64,000 bases of DNA from positions 1 through 64,000 of the forward strand of contig MCFE01000199.1 of assembly GCA_002104905.1 (NCBI GenBank). The letters run 5' to 3'. Both the position numbers and the translations under genes were made by a program. Below the pieces are notes generated by a model. The model did no database searches and was not told where the DNA came from. It saw only the letters and a program-made list of their open reading frames with translations. Positions 50,594 to 62,360 of the stretch are shown here, in pieces; position 1 is the first letter of the stretch; each line of letters begins with the position of its first letter. The stretch is from Basidiobolus meristosporus CBS 931.73 (taxonomy: Eukaryota; Fungi; Basidiobolomycota).

Positions 50594-51029
50594 GTATTAT
50601 GGCAAGCACCTCCTTCTCAAGCACTGAATAGTCTTGTTCTCCTGAGTTCAATTCCTTGGACTCAAAAGCAACTGGGTAGTCCTTTCCCTCATGTTCTTGG
50701 CTCAGTGCCCCACCAATTGAATAGTCTAAAACATATGTGCCCAGAGTAACTCTTTTCTGAAGTCCAAGATTATTGAGCTGGGTAGCTAAGCAAGTTAATT
50801 CTTGAGCATCTGAAAGGCAGTCACACAGGCTATGTCCTATTGCAAGGTTTGTCTCTCATGAGAATTTTGGCTAAAGGTGCTGCAATACTTGTAAAGGACT
50901 TAACAAATCTCCAATAATATGAAACTATTTGAAGGAATAATCTGAATTTGGCTTTGCTATGGGGCTGCTTCAGATTCTTCATGACTTCAGCCTTCTTAGG
51001 GTCTAAGGCCACACCAGTGCTAGTCACTG

Positions 51030-51238
51030 GACTTGTTCCATCATTCCAGCTGATCATAGTGCCCAATAGTGCCATAGCATGCCAGATGATGCCTGATCAT
51101 GCCACAAAGTGCTAGATGGTGCCATACAGTGCCAATTTGGGATCAAAATTGACATGCATATGTCCCTAAAATATCAAATTAATAACAAAATATACTGCAC
51201 TTTCTGGCACTATGATCAATGGCACAATGGAACAAGTC
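51030..51238. mobile_element. 209-bp MITE-like element
   Basis: Termini GACTTGTTCCA...TGGAACAAGTC; interrupts the host RT between GYIV and VTSTG; shares internal atagtgcc motifs with 61480-62211. Confidence 0.8.
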
Positions 51239-53092
51239 TACTATGTATCCTATGTATTCAATTTGTTCCATCAAGAAATCACGCTTTGCTAGCTTGCCAT
51301 GAGGTTTATTCTCTCTTAGCTTCTGCAGCACCATTTCAATGGTCACCAAGTGTTCCTCTTCTGTCTTTCTGTAGAGCAATATGTTGTCTAGGTAGATTAC
51401 CACAAACCTGTCTAAGTACTCCTGGATGACAGTCTGCATCAGGGTCATAAATGTTGAGTCCAAAACTCATGACCAAGTTCTTGTAATGTCCATAACTGGT
51501 CCTGAATGCTGTCTTAGGGATGTCTTTTGGCTTCACCCTAATCTGGTTGTATCCTGACATGAGGTCAATCTTGCCAAATATAGTGGCTCCATTGAGGAGG
51601 TCCAAAAGGTCATCAATTCAAAGTATGGGGTACTTATTCTTCACAATGACTGAGTTGAGGGCTCTGTAGTCAATAAACATCCTGTGTGCTCCAACCTTCT
51701 TTTTCACAAAAGGCACTGGCACTCCCCAATGCAACTTGCTGGGCCTGATATATCCTTGATCAAATAGTTGATATATTTATCTCTTCACTGTCAAAAGAGC
51801 TGGGACTTTCTGGGCTGCTGAAGTAGAAGAATCCTGGTGTAATACTACCATGAGGAATATAGGGGTACCTTATCTCAGTGCCTACAAGACTGTGTCTTGC
51901 TAAGTTTTCTTGTTTCCCACATACTGTAATTGACTAAGCAGAAATCCAGTCTGGTAGATAATGACTGATAGGTATTATTGCTTTGCTTGATCTGAGTAGC
52001 ATGGGTTCTCTAATTGATTCATGGATTACAACAAAATAGCCAGGTTTTTCAAGTACAAGATAAAACTTGCAGTTCATAAGTATAAAGGCATGTAGGTCTA
52101 CTTTATAGTCATTGATTTTCATACCTGCAGGCTGAGTAGTATGGTTGATTATATGAGAGTTCCAATCAGCTGTTGAGACTGAAATTGATTTGGTGGGTTC
52201 CAAGCTGAATACAGCTTTGAAGGCAAACTGCTCTGACATGTACTCATGTGATGGTTTTGAGTCAAGCATGATCTTGGCAGGTATTCCATTAGCTACTTGA
52301 TTCAAATATAACAGCTTTCCTGAGTTTGAAGTCATCTGGATTAGGTGTTTTTCTGTCATATAGAAGGTGCATTTTGAGTCTTCTTCAAGTTCATTATCCA
52401 TGTTACTATGCTCAAAGACTTCAATATGGTTAAAGGTCCTTGTTGACTGGTGTCCATTTCTTCTCTGCTGGTAGTATTTTGAAAAATGTCCTTGCTTGCA
52501 GCAATTAAAGCAGGGTCCTTTTTGCTTACAGTCCTCTGAGGTGAGATTCTTTTACCTAGCATCTGATTTGATTGGCACTGCATCTATTTGTCCCCTTAAA
52601 TAGTGATTATAGCCTCTTTGTTTATTCATTGTGGGCTTCCTAACTCCAAGCATAGCTGAGTCATAGTCAATGGCATCTTGATGGCTGCTTCAATAGTCTG
52701 GGGTCTTTGATAATTCACTTCCTGGCAACTTCTTTCTTTCAACCCATCAATAAAGTGTTATACTTGATCCAAGGGGTCCATTCTTTCAATTTGTGCAAGC
52801 AGACATCCATAATCATAAGTGTACTGTTAAGCCATTTGTTTATATCTGGTTGTCTCCAACTGCCTTTGTTGTAGTGTTTGCTAGTGTGCAATTCAAAAGC
52901 CTCCTGAATTTCCTACACAAACTCATCCCAGGTAAAGAATGCAAAGCATCCCATTATGGTGGCAGAACTGATCTTGTTGTGGTACTGCTGTAAGGCTGCA
53001 CCTGCTTTGCAAGAAGTTGCATAGTGCAACCTGCTTTCTTGAGCAATTCCCTTGGCCTTGAGAGCTTTTTCTATCTGGAACAGCCAAGTTAC

Positions 53093-53364
53093 AGTTGCAA
53101 TTAAAGTAGCAATTTGAATATAAGGAGTTTATAGTTGAACTGTTCTTTATTTGTAATAAAGCTCAGTATTTATACCTTTATAGAAGTAATACATCTGTAA
53201 CAACAATTGAGGAGGGTCTCTCAACATTCAGGAGCATGCTGCAACAGTTTCATGGTTATTATGCAATAGACTTGTTCTGTAGGATAGTGCTACATAGACT
53301 AGTCCAGAATTGCTAAGTAAACTTTTAGCTGCTGAATGATACCAAGTAGTCCAATATTTAAACA
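53093..53364 (-). mobile_element. Copia family B solo LTR (shortened) inside gypsy gag
   Basis: Reverse-complement similarity to 53571-53938; TSD GTTAC/GTTCC; host gag rejoins across it. Confidence 0.8.
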
Positions 53365-53570
53365 GTTCCCAGGCTTTCATTAACTCTATCCTGGTACTAG
53401 TTGACCCTCACACCAAACCTGCTCTTGACAGGGTTTTGCTGGCTCTGGGCTATGGTAGTCATTCCATGTTGCTGCTGGCTAAGGATCTGGAGTAACTAAT
53501 GCTGTTGGGCCAGGATTTGCTGCATAGCATACTTCTATTCTTGATTTTCTGACTTCTTGAGGGAGGTTTC

Positions 53571-56500
53571 TGTTGAAATATTGAACTATTTGGCATCATT
53601 CAGCAGCTAAAAATTTACTGAACAATTCTGGACTAGTCTTGGTCAATGTGGGACATATTTACAGCTCTAACTTTGCCACTCTCTTCAGATCTATGATCTT
53701 ATGATTATTTCCCTATAGTAAGGATCAAATAAGCACTATTACTAACATTATGTGCTAACCCTGAAACTGTTACAGAATGCTTCTGAATATTGAGAAACCC
53801 TCCTTACTTAGTTTTACAGCTGTAATACTTCTACAAAGGTACATATACTGAGCTTCTTTATTAATAAACAACAGTTCAGCTATTATCACTATTTCCTGCT
53901 AGGTTCCTTATATCCAAATTACTACTTATATTGCAACAGGTTATGAGCCCCAATTGCATTAATCTATTCTAAAGAGGACTTCTACCAGCAAACAAAACAA
54001 TACAAACATCTCCCTTGGAAGAAGAAATTTGGTGGGAAGAACTACAGACTTTGGAGAATCAAGGTGCTGATCCACCTTGAGGAAAGGAAGCTTTTGAATA
54101 TAGTAACAGGAAAGGAAGTTGAGCCCAAAGGAACAGCAGAAGAAGTGAAGAAGTTTCAAGCAATGGGGAGAAAGGCCTTTAATGCCATATGTATCAATGT
54201 GCAAGATACCTTCATTGGACAAATCCATTCCTCAGATGCTGCCAAAGCAGCATGAGATTCCTTAGAGAAGATCTTTAGAGCAAAGTCAGTATCAAGCAAG
54301 CTTTATGTAAACAAAATTTCTTCAACATGAGGAAGGAGCCAGATGATTACATGCTAAAACTCATTGCCAGAATGGAGACACTTGCAGAAGAACTTTACAG
54401 TATAAATGCTGGTATAGATGATGAAGAAAAGATATTCTGTCTGCTTTGCAGCCAACCAGACAAGTATGAGCCACTCATACTTTGTTTTGAAAGCAGAGAA
54501 GACGATTTGACTCTACACTATGTCAAAGGAAGACTTCTCCATAAAGAACTCAGATGTATTGATCAAGCAGCAAAAATTGGAGATAATGCTTTATTCAGTT
54601 CAGAAAGGCACTCAGAAAAGAAGGGAGAGCAACAAGACCAAAGAAAGCCTGGTTGCTGCAACTACTGTAAGAAGCCAGGACACTGGGCAAGAGAATGCAA
54701 GTTTTGGGCTGAATCTGTTGCTACTGCAGTATTGATCAAGAATAGCTGCCCAACAACAGCACTACATTATTCTAAACCCTTTGAAGCATATGCAGGCAAA
54801 AAACCACATTTTCAGCACCTCAAGATCGTTGGCAGTGATGTTTTTTATCACATCCCTGGCAAAAAACTCTCAAAGTTGGAACCAAAGAGTAGGAAAGGGA
54901 TCTTTCTTGGGTATTGTGATGATACTAAAGGGTACAGAGTGTATGATGGCAAAATTCAGAAACTGATCAAGAGCAGGGATGCTGTATTTGAGGAGAATTC
55001 AGATCACAAAGCCACTGAAATTATTGGCCAGCTAAATGATCATGCTATCAAAACTAATGAAGAAGATACATACCTAATTCAGCCAGATACAGATGATAAT
55101 TCTACCAATTCCAGATCAGAGCAGATTATCCCAGTTAGAAGATCTACCAGAATAAGAAATGTGCCTGGATCCTGGTGGCAGACATCCAATGATCATGAAG
55201 AAGCTTATTTTGCCTTATGTGCCAAACCTCAGAGTCTGGAACAGGCAATGCAAAGTCCAGATACTACTATGTGGCAACAAGCCATGCAGAAGGAGTACCA
55301 ATCACAGATCAAGGCAAAAACATGGGAACTGGTAGATTTACCAAATGGGAGAAAGCCAATAGGATGTAGATGGGTCTACAAGATCAAGATAACCTCAAAT
55401 GGTGTTGTCAATAAGTGTAAGGCTAGATTGGTAGCTAAAGGCTATTCCCAGATGCAGCAACTAGACTTTAAGGAAACATTTGCTCTGGTTGCCAAGTTTA
55501 ACTCCATTAGGACAGTTCTAACCCTGGTAGCTGTACACAGCTTAGATCTACACCAAATGGACATCAAAACAGCCTTTCTAAATGGGCATTTGCAAGAAAC
55601 CATATAAATGAAGCAACCAGAAGGCTTTACCAATCCAAAAGAACTCCATGAGGTGTAAAAACTTAGCAAACTGTTGTATGGGCTTAAGTAGACACCTAAA
55701 GCATGGTATAACAAGATTGACACATATCTAGAGGAGATTGGGTTCTTTCACAGCACTGCAGATCACAGTATACATGTGAAACAGCTCAAAAAGGGTGTGA
55801 TCATCCTAGTTCTCTATGTGGATGACCCAATTATAGCTACAAGTGATCAAGAGGCACTTAAACAGACGATATCAGATCTCTTTGGCAAGTTTGAGATGAA
55901 AGATCTTGGAAAATTGAGCTATTTTCTTGGAATTGAGGTCAAACTTGACATACCTACTCAGAAAATTGTGCTGAATCAGTCTAAGTACATCAGGGACACT
56001 CTTGGACGCTTCAAAATGAAGAACTGCACACCCACAACTACCCCTATGGACAATAACCTGAAATCACGCAAATCTCAGCCAGTTATGGATGAAAATAGCT
56101 CAAATATTGACCAAAGCTTTCCCTATCAATCAATGATTGGTAGCCTAATGTACTTCATGGTGTCTACACATTCAGATATTGCAGTGGCAGCTGGAATAGT
56201 CAGTCAATTCATGCAGAATTATGGATGAGATTAAATTGCAGCAGTTGAGCGGATTTTCAGATTTCTACAAGGTACCATAAATATGGTACTGGAATACTCT
56301 GAAGCTAATAATAGGAAAAAATTTGATGGTTATAGTGATTAAGATTGGGGTAGGGATCTGATTGACATATGCTCTACCACAGGATAAATATTTCTATATG
56401 CTGGTTGAGGGGGAGACTTCAAATATTGGACTATTTGGTATCCTTCAGCAGCTAAAAATTTACTTAACAATTCTGGACTAGTCTTGGTAACTGTGCAACT

Positions 56501-56784
56501 AGTTTACAGCTCTAACTTTGCCACTCTCTTCAGATCTATGATCTTATGATTATTTCCCTATAGCCAGGATCAAATTAGCACTATTACTAAACATTATGTA
56601 CTAACCCTGAAACTGTTACAGAATGCTCCTGAATACTGAGAAGCCCTCTGTACTTAGTGTTACAGCTGTATTACATCTACAAAGGTATAAGTACTGAGCT
56701 TCTTTATTAATGAACTATAGTTCAACTATTATCACCATTTCTTGATAAGTTCCTTATATCCAAGTCACTTCTTAAATTGCAACA
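53571..56784 (+). mobile_element. Copia family B element with internal deletions
   Basis: LTRs 53571-53938 and about 56416-56784; TSD GTTTC at 53566-53570 and 56785-56789; PBS GGTTATGAGCCC; PPT TTGAGGGGGAG; ORF 54327-55607 joins the gag CCHC to the integrase C-terminus and RT. Confidence 0.92.
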
Positions 56785-57699
56785 GTTTCTTCTTTCTACA
56801 GTGGTGAGGTTCTTGTCATTGCTGCTACCAATGTTACAAGTCTTGATACAAGAGTTGTAGAGGAATAGGGGGTTAGTTAGTATTATTTTCACTAAAATCT
56901 GAACTGACTGTTATTGAAGTTTCAGCAGCTCCCTATATACATGTTGCCAGATCAATTGCTGACCAATTATATTTCTTTATGTAGGTGCGGCTGATGACTC
57001 AATTGATTGCATCATTGTTTCCCAATCATATCGTACTTTATATACCACTTCTGTCTGACAAGAATCTGCAAATTCATCTGCTGACTAATACCACTGTTTA
57101 CTAGATAATACCAGTATACTGATAAGTTAAACTTAGAGCCCATAAACTTGGCAAAAACTTATTGAACTTTAATATTCATGAGGTGGATTGAAACACTTTT
57201 GCATGTGGGTTGCTGCTGGGTCAATCCTCCACCTTAAAGTATCTAAGAGTGTCCCTAAGGTGCTTGAGCTGATTGAGCACGGTTTTCTGTGTACACATGA
57301 AAGATTTGATTTAAAGTCCAAGAATAAGCTGAATATTGCAGGATCACTCAGCTTAGACTTGCAAAAATGGTCTAATTTTGTTGGTGAAGGCTTCATCTGA
57401 CCACTTGTAGCTATTATCAAGTTGGCAATATAGGGTATTTGGGCAGACACAATCTTTTTAGCTATTTCATATATTGACTATGTTCTGCTATGCTACAAAT
57501 GAGCCAAATCTCCTCTAGATATGTGTCAATCTTGTTAACTATGCCCATAGTGCCTGCTTAAGCCTATACAGCTGCATTCAGAGTCTGCAAGCCTTATAAG
57601 GATATTATGCATTGGAAGAACCTAATGGTTGAGTCATAACAGTACCGTTTCCAGATGCCTAGTGAGAGTGGTTGCTTTGTTGTACCTTTAGTGCTATTT

Positions 57700-60190
57700 C
57701 ATATTGCATACTGCTGCCAGGGCTAGAGCTATCCTAAGGGAGTTCAATTTGCCTACTTGTACAAATGCTTCCTTAAGGTCTATTCCTAGTATCAGGGATT
57801 ATGCTTTAACTACCAATCTAGCTTTATACCTACCAATGGCATAATTAAGGGAATCTTGATCTTGTAGGCCTCTATACATATTATTGGCTTTCTCCCATTT
57901 GATAGATCTACCAATTGCCAGGTTTCTGCCATGTGTAGTAATTGGTACTCCTCCTCCATGGCATACTAGGACAAAGTTACCTCTGGACATTGCATTGTGT
58001 GAAGCTGATTTTGAGCTTTGGCTCCAAAGGCAAAGTGAGCTGCCTTATTGTTAATGGCTGATTGCTACCAAGATTTGTGGGCATTTCTTATTCTGGTGGA
58101 TCTTTTGACTGGAATAATCTGTCCTGATGTGAAACTGGCAGAATTTTTTTTTTATCTGGGGGCATTAGGTATGTATCTTCTTCATTAGCGGTACTTACAT
58201 CATGAGGCAGTGGTTCAATGATTTCAATGGCCTTCTGGTTTGAATCTTCCTCACATATAATGTACCTGCTCTTGATCAGCTTTTGACCTCTATCATCATA
58301 CACTCTAAGCACTTCTGTATATGTATGTATGCAATAAAGGGCCCCTTTGTATTCCCTGGTTTCAGCTTTGAGCATTTCTGGTCAAGGATATGATACAAAG
58401 CATCACCTCCAAAGGTTTTGTGAGGCTGGAGGCCTGCCTTTTTGCCTATATAGGTTACAAATGTTGTAGAAATGCCTGTTGCTGCGGATGGGCAATTGGT
58501 TAGAGTGTTTACTGTGGTAGCAACATATTCAGCCCTAAAATTATTGCCTTGCTTACTTGCTATGTGAACATCCACTGCGGACAGTCAATATGTGCGGAAA
58601 TGAGTAATGGGGACTAAAGCAAGTAAATTTGTCCTGACTGACTCATCTTTGGCTACCCAGGGTGTACTTGCCTCCATGCCATATCTCCTAGTTGGTTCCA
58701 TCCGTTTAAGCAATGTTAACATACTCCAGTCCAAGGATCTTGTATTGTAACTTGTATATTTGTAGTCTATGATTTCAGAAGCCAATTTTTGCCCACTTTC
58801 ACTCAAGATCAAGCAGCTGAGCATTGTAGAAATATATTGCAGTCACTGAGTAGTTGCTCTACTCACTAAGGGTAGGTTTTTGGCTATTCTTGGCACACAG
58901 AGTATATCAGTCAGTTATGCTGTATCTGCCCCCAAGTTATCACTCATATTTAACTGAATAGATATACTGGTAGTAGCTTCCAACTCAGAGCTCACTTACA
59001 AATATACCTCTGTTAAGGCTGTAGTTTTTAAGCTGCAGAACCACTTCTTAGCACCACAAATATGCTGCAATGCTCCAGGGTCATGACCAATAATTGCTGC
59101 AATGGCATATACCCTGTTTTACTGCTACCAGCTGCTGTTAATCTATAGATGTATGGTTTGCCTGCGCTGGTTCATAATTTTTGTCTGCTTGTTTATGTTG
59201 GCATTCTCTTACCTGCTGCCCTGGCTTCTAACAGTAGTTATAGAAACCAATTTTCTTTGGTTCTGTTGCTTTCCCTTCTTTTCTGTGTGCCTTTCTGGCC
59301 TGGATAAAGTATTGACATCTAAATTACTCTGCTTGGTAACTACCTCTGAGTTCTTTGTAACAAGTCTTCCTTTGACATAGTCAGGAGTCAACTAGTCACC
59401 TCTATTTTGGAATAAAATCTGAGTGGCTCATAGTTGTGGGTAGCTGAAATATATAAGAAATATCCTTTCTTCAACATCTAGACCAGCATAGTTATTATGA
59501 AGTTCTTTGACAAGTGACTCCATTCTGGTAATTAGATGTAGCAAGTTATTCTCTGACTTCTTTTGCTTGTCAAAAAATATCTGTTTAAAAAAAGCTTGCT
59601 TGATACTGGCATTGCCCCATATGTCTGCTCTAAGGATTCCAATGCTGTGTTAGTAGTATTTGAAGCATGAGTTTGACCAATTAGGGAATCTTGCACATTG
59701 ATACATGTGGCATTGAAGGCTTTCTCTCCTTCTCTTTAATGTTACAGACTTTTCTGCAGGTTTTTGCGCTTGACTTCCCTTTCTGCTACTATATTTTAAA
59801 GCTTTCTATGCTCAAGGTGAATCAGCATCCTGATTCCACAAAGTCTGTAGTGTGTCCTTTCAAGCTTCTCCTTTACAGGGAAGATGCCCCTGTTGCTCTG
59901 ATTATGCATAGAAGTCATATCTGTAATACATTAATGCAATAAAGGCTCATAACCTGTTGCAACTTAAGAACTGTTTTGGATTGCCAGAACTTAACAAATA
60001 ACAGTAATAGTAGTTGTACAGATGCTTATTCATCAAAAAGCTCAGTATTTGTACCTTTGCAGAGATAATACTTTTATGACACTGAGTTAGGACAGCCTCT
60101 GATTATTCAGGAGCATTCTGTGTGAGCTTCAGGGCTGATAAATGATGTTTGATAAATGGTCTAACTTGATCTTAGCTATAGGGAGATAAT
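57700..60190 (-). mobile_element. Second degenerate copia family B copy (partial 5' LTR, PBS, gag, PR, fragments to RT start)
   Basis: LTR end at 59955; PBS 59954-59944; protease-like HDPGALQHIC; YKARLVVK at about 57810; left boundary approximate. Confidence 0.8.
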
Positions 60191-60939
60191 AGACTTGTCC
60201 CATTGAATAGTACTACATAGAGCCAGCCTGCTTATTGTGACTGAGCAAACCAGCACTCTATGGTACTATCTGGCACTTTAACTTCTACCATTATGCCAGT
60301 TATAGGAGACAATTACTGGCATTCATACTAATTCTTACTTACGTTGCTCTCAACAGCACTATTCCTGCTTTATTTACTTTTCATAATGAGCCACACAATT
60401 TTCTCCTGGTGGATATCCTCCTGTATATATATACAGTGCATTATAAGGTATCTTACCCAATCCACCTCTCAATCTGATTTCTTCTCTATATCACTTTCCT
60501 CTGATTTACCTGCAAATAAGCTGAATATCTTTAGATATCCAAATATATGCTTGATTTGCACTGTGTAATGATTTTATATCTCATTGCAAGGCTTCTGCTT
60601 CCTGCCAAGCACTCCATCCCTTGTCTTCCCATGAGCTGTAATACATCCTGATTGCTGCCAATCCTCTCCTATGCAGACTAAGTCTGCCGTATATATTTCC
60701 CTCTACTGAATTCAGGACAATTCACTACCTGGAGCACTTGGTCATTCCTACCTCCAGCAAATAGCCAATCAAATCAGAGAATGTGACCCTCAGTGTCAGA
60801 CAGTGCTTGAAACTTCACATAGTGTGCATTGTATTTGCCAGAACAAAACTGCCTCTGCCCTTTGAAAGGTCTTCAAATCCTAACCATAAAAGTATCCAGA
60901 ATATTCCTGATTTGGAACCTGTTGCTGTGTATTTTTCAT

Positions 60940-62360
60940 AAGGAATAGATATATCAAATAGGATCTAACTGGGCAATGATGATGCAACCAAATGAGTCAT
61001 CAGCCAAAACCTACATTAGGAAATACCGTCAGTCAGCAATTGATCTGGCAAAATGTATATAAGGAGCTGCTAGAACTTCAGTAAAAATCAAGTCAAGTTC
61101 CAGTGAACTCAATACCTGCTAAACTCCCTACTCCTCTACAACTTATAGATCAAGACTTGTAATATTGGCAGCAGCAATAGCCAGAAACCCCCCCCCCTGA
61201 AGAAAGAAGGAGTTTCCCTCAAGATGTCAGCAAATCAAGAATCACAGAATGTTATGCAGCAAATCTGGGCCCAACAGCAACAGTAAGTTCAGGTCCTCAG
61301 CCAGCAGCAACAAGGAATGAGTACCATGCCCCAGAAGCAGCAAAGCCCCGTAAAGAGCAGCTTTAATATGAAGGTCAACTGGCGCCATGGCAAAGTCAAT
61401 GAAGACCTGGGAGCTTGGCTCTTTCAGATTAAAGAATCTTTTAAGGCCAAGGAATTGCCCCAGAAAGTAAGTTATATTAGACTTGTTCCGTTGGATAGTG
61501 CCACATTGAGCCATGAGTGCCAAATAGTGCCATAGTGTGCCTGAGAGTCATAGCAGACCTAAACTTGGCCACAGAGTGTGGCATAGAGTTCTTCATATTC
61601 ATGCAAAGCGGCTCCTGTGTTTCACCTAAGGTGCAGGAGAAAATCAATTTTTTAACCTTTTTTTTGGGATCAAAATTGTGCATGACATAAAAGAGCACAG
61701 AGAAACTGAAGATATGCATCTTGAACACAGTACCCATGGCACTGTAAATCTAGCCCCACAGGCTTGTAGCATGTCACAAAAATGCATGGCACTATCTTGG
61801 TCCACTGGTACTATCTGGCACTATAAGTGCTTTGTATAGGTTCTACTTTAGGGCTAATATTTAAATATAGTGCCAGATAGTACCAGTGGACCAAGATGGT
61901 GCAATGCATTTTTGTGACATGCTACAAGCCTGTGGGGCTAAACTTAGAGTGCCATGGGTATTGTGTACCAGATGCATATGTTCAGTCTGTCTGTGCTCTT
62001 TTATGTCCTGCACAATTTTTATCCCAAAAAAAAGGTTCAAAAATTGATTTTCTCCCGCACAGTAGGAGAAACATAGGAGCTGCTTTGCATGAATATGCAG
62101 AACTATATGCCACACTCTGTGGCCAGGTTTAGGTCTGCTATGACTCTCAGGCCCACTATGGCACTATTTGGCACTCATGGCTCAATGTGGCACTATCCAA
62201 CGGAACAAGTCTATTATGCAGCCTCTGACCTTGCAGAAGCTGCTTTACAGTAATATCATAACAAGATCAGGTCAGTCACTATTGGATGCTCTACTAACTC
62301 AACCTGGGATGAGTTGGTGTTGGAAACTCCAGATGCCTTTAAACCTCCCCACCAGCAGGA
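60940..62360 (+). mobile_element. Gypsy family C LTR fragment, PBS and gag start, split by a foldback element
   Basis: LTR ends at 61164; PBS TTGGCAGCAGC; gag GKVNEDLGAWLFQIKESFKAK continues after 62216 as YAASDLAEAALQ. Confidence 0.85.
61480..62211. mobile_element. 732-bp foldback / MITE: 346-bp inverted arms and a 40-bp spacer
   Basis: 61480-61825 is the reverse complement of 61866-62211 with 24 mismatches and no indels; flanked by TATTA on both sides. Confidence 0.93.

Larger units (their letters stand above)
44982..57195 (-). mobile_element. Gypsy family C host element carrying nested insertions
   Basis: 5' LTR 57195-56832; PBS TTGGTAGCAGC; gag about 53570-52400; protease (IMLDS) about 52300; RT ([19 protein letters not shown]) about 51700-51000; RH and IN; 3' LTR about 45350-44982. 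The sequence rejoins across each insertion. Confidence 0.85.
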
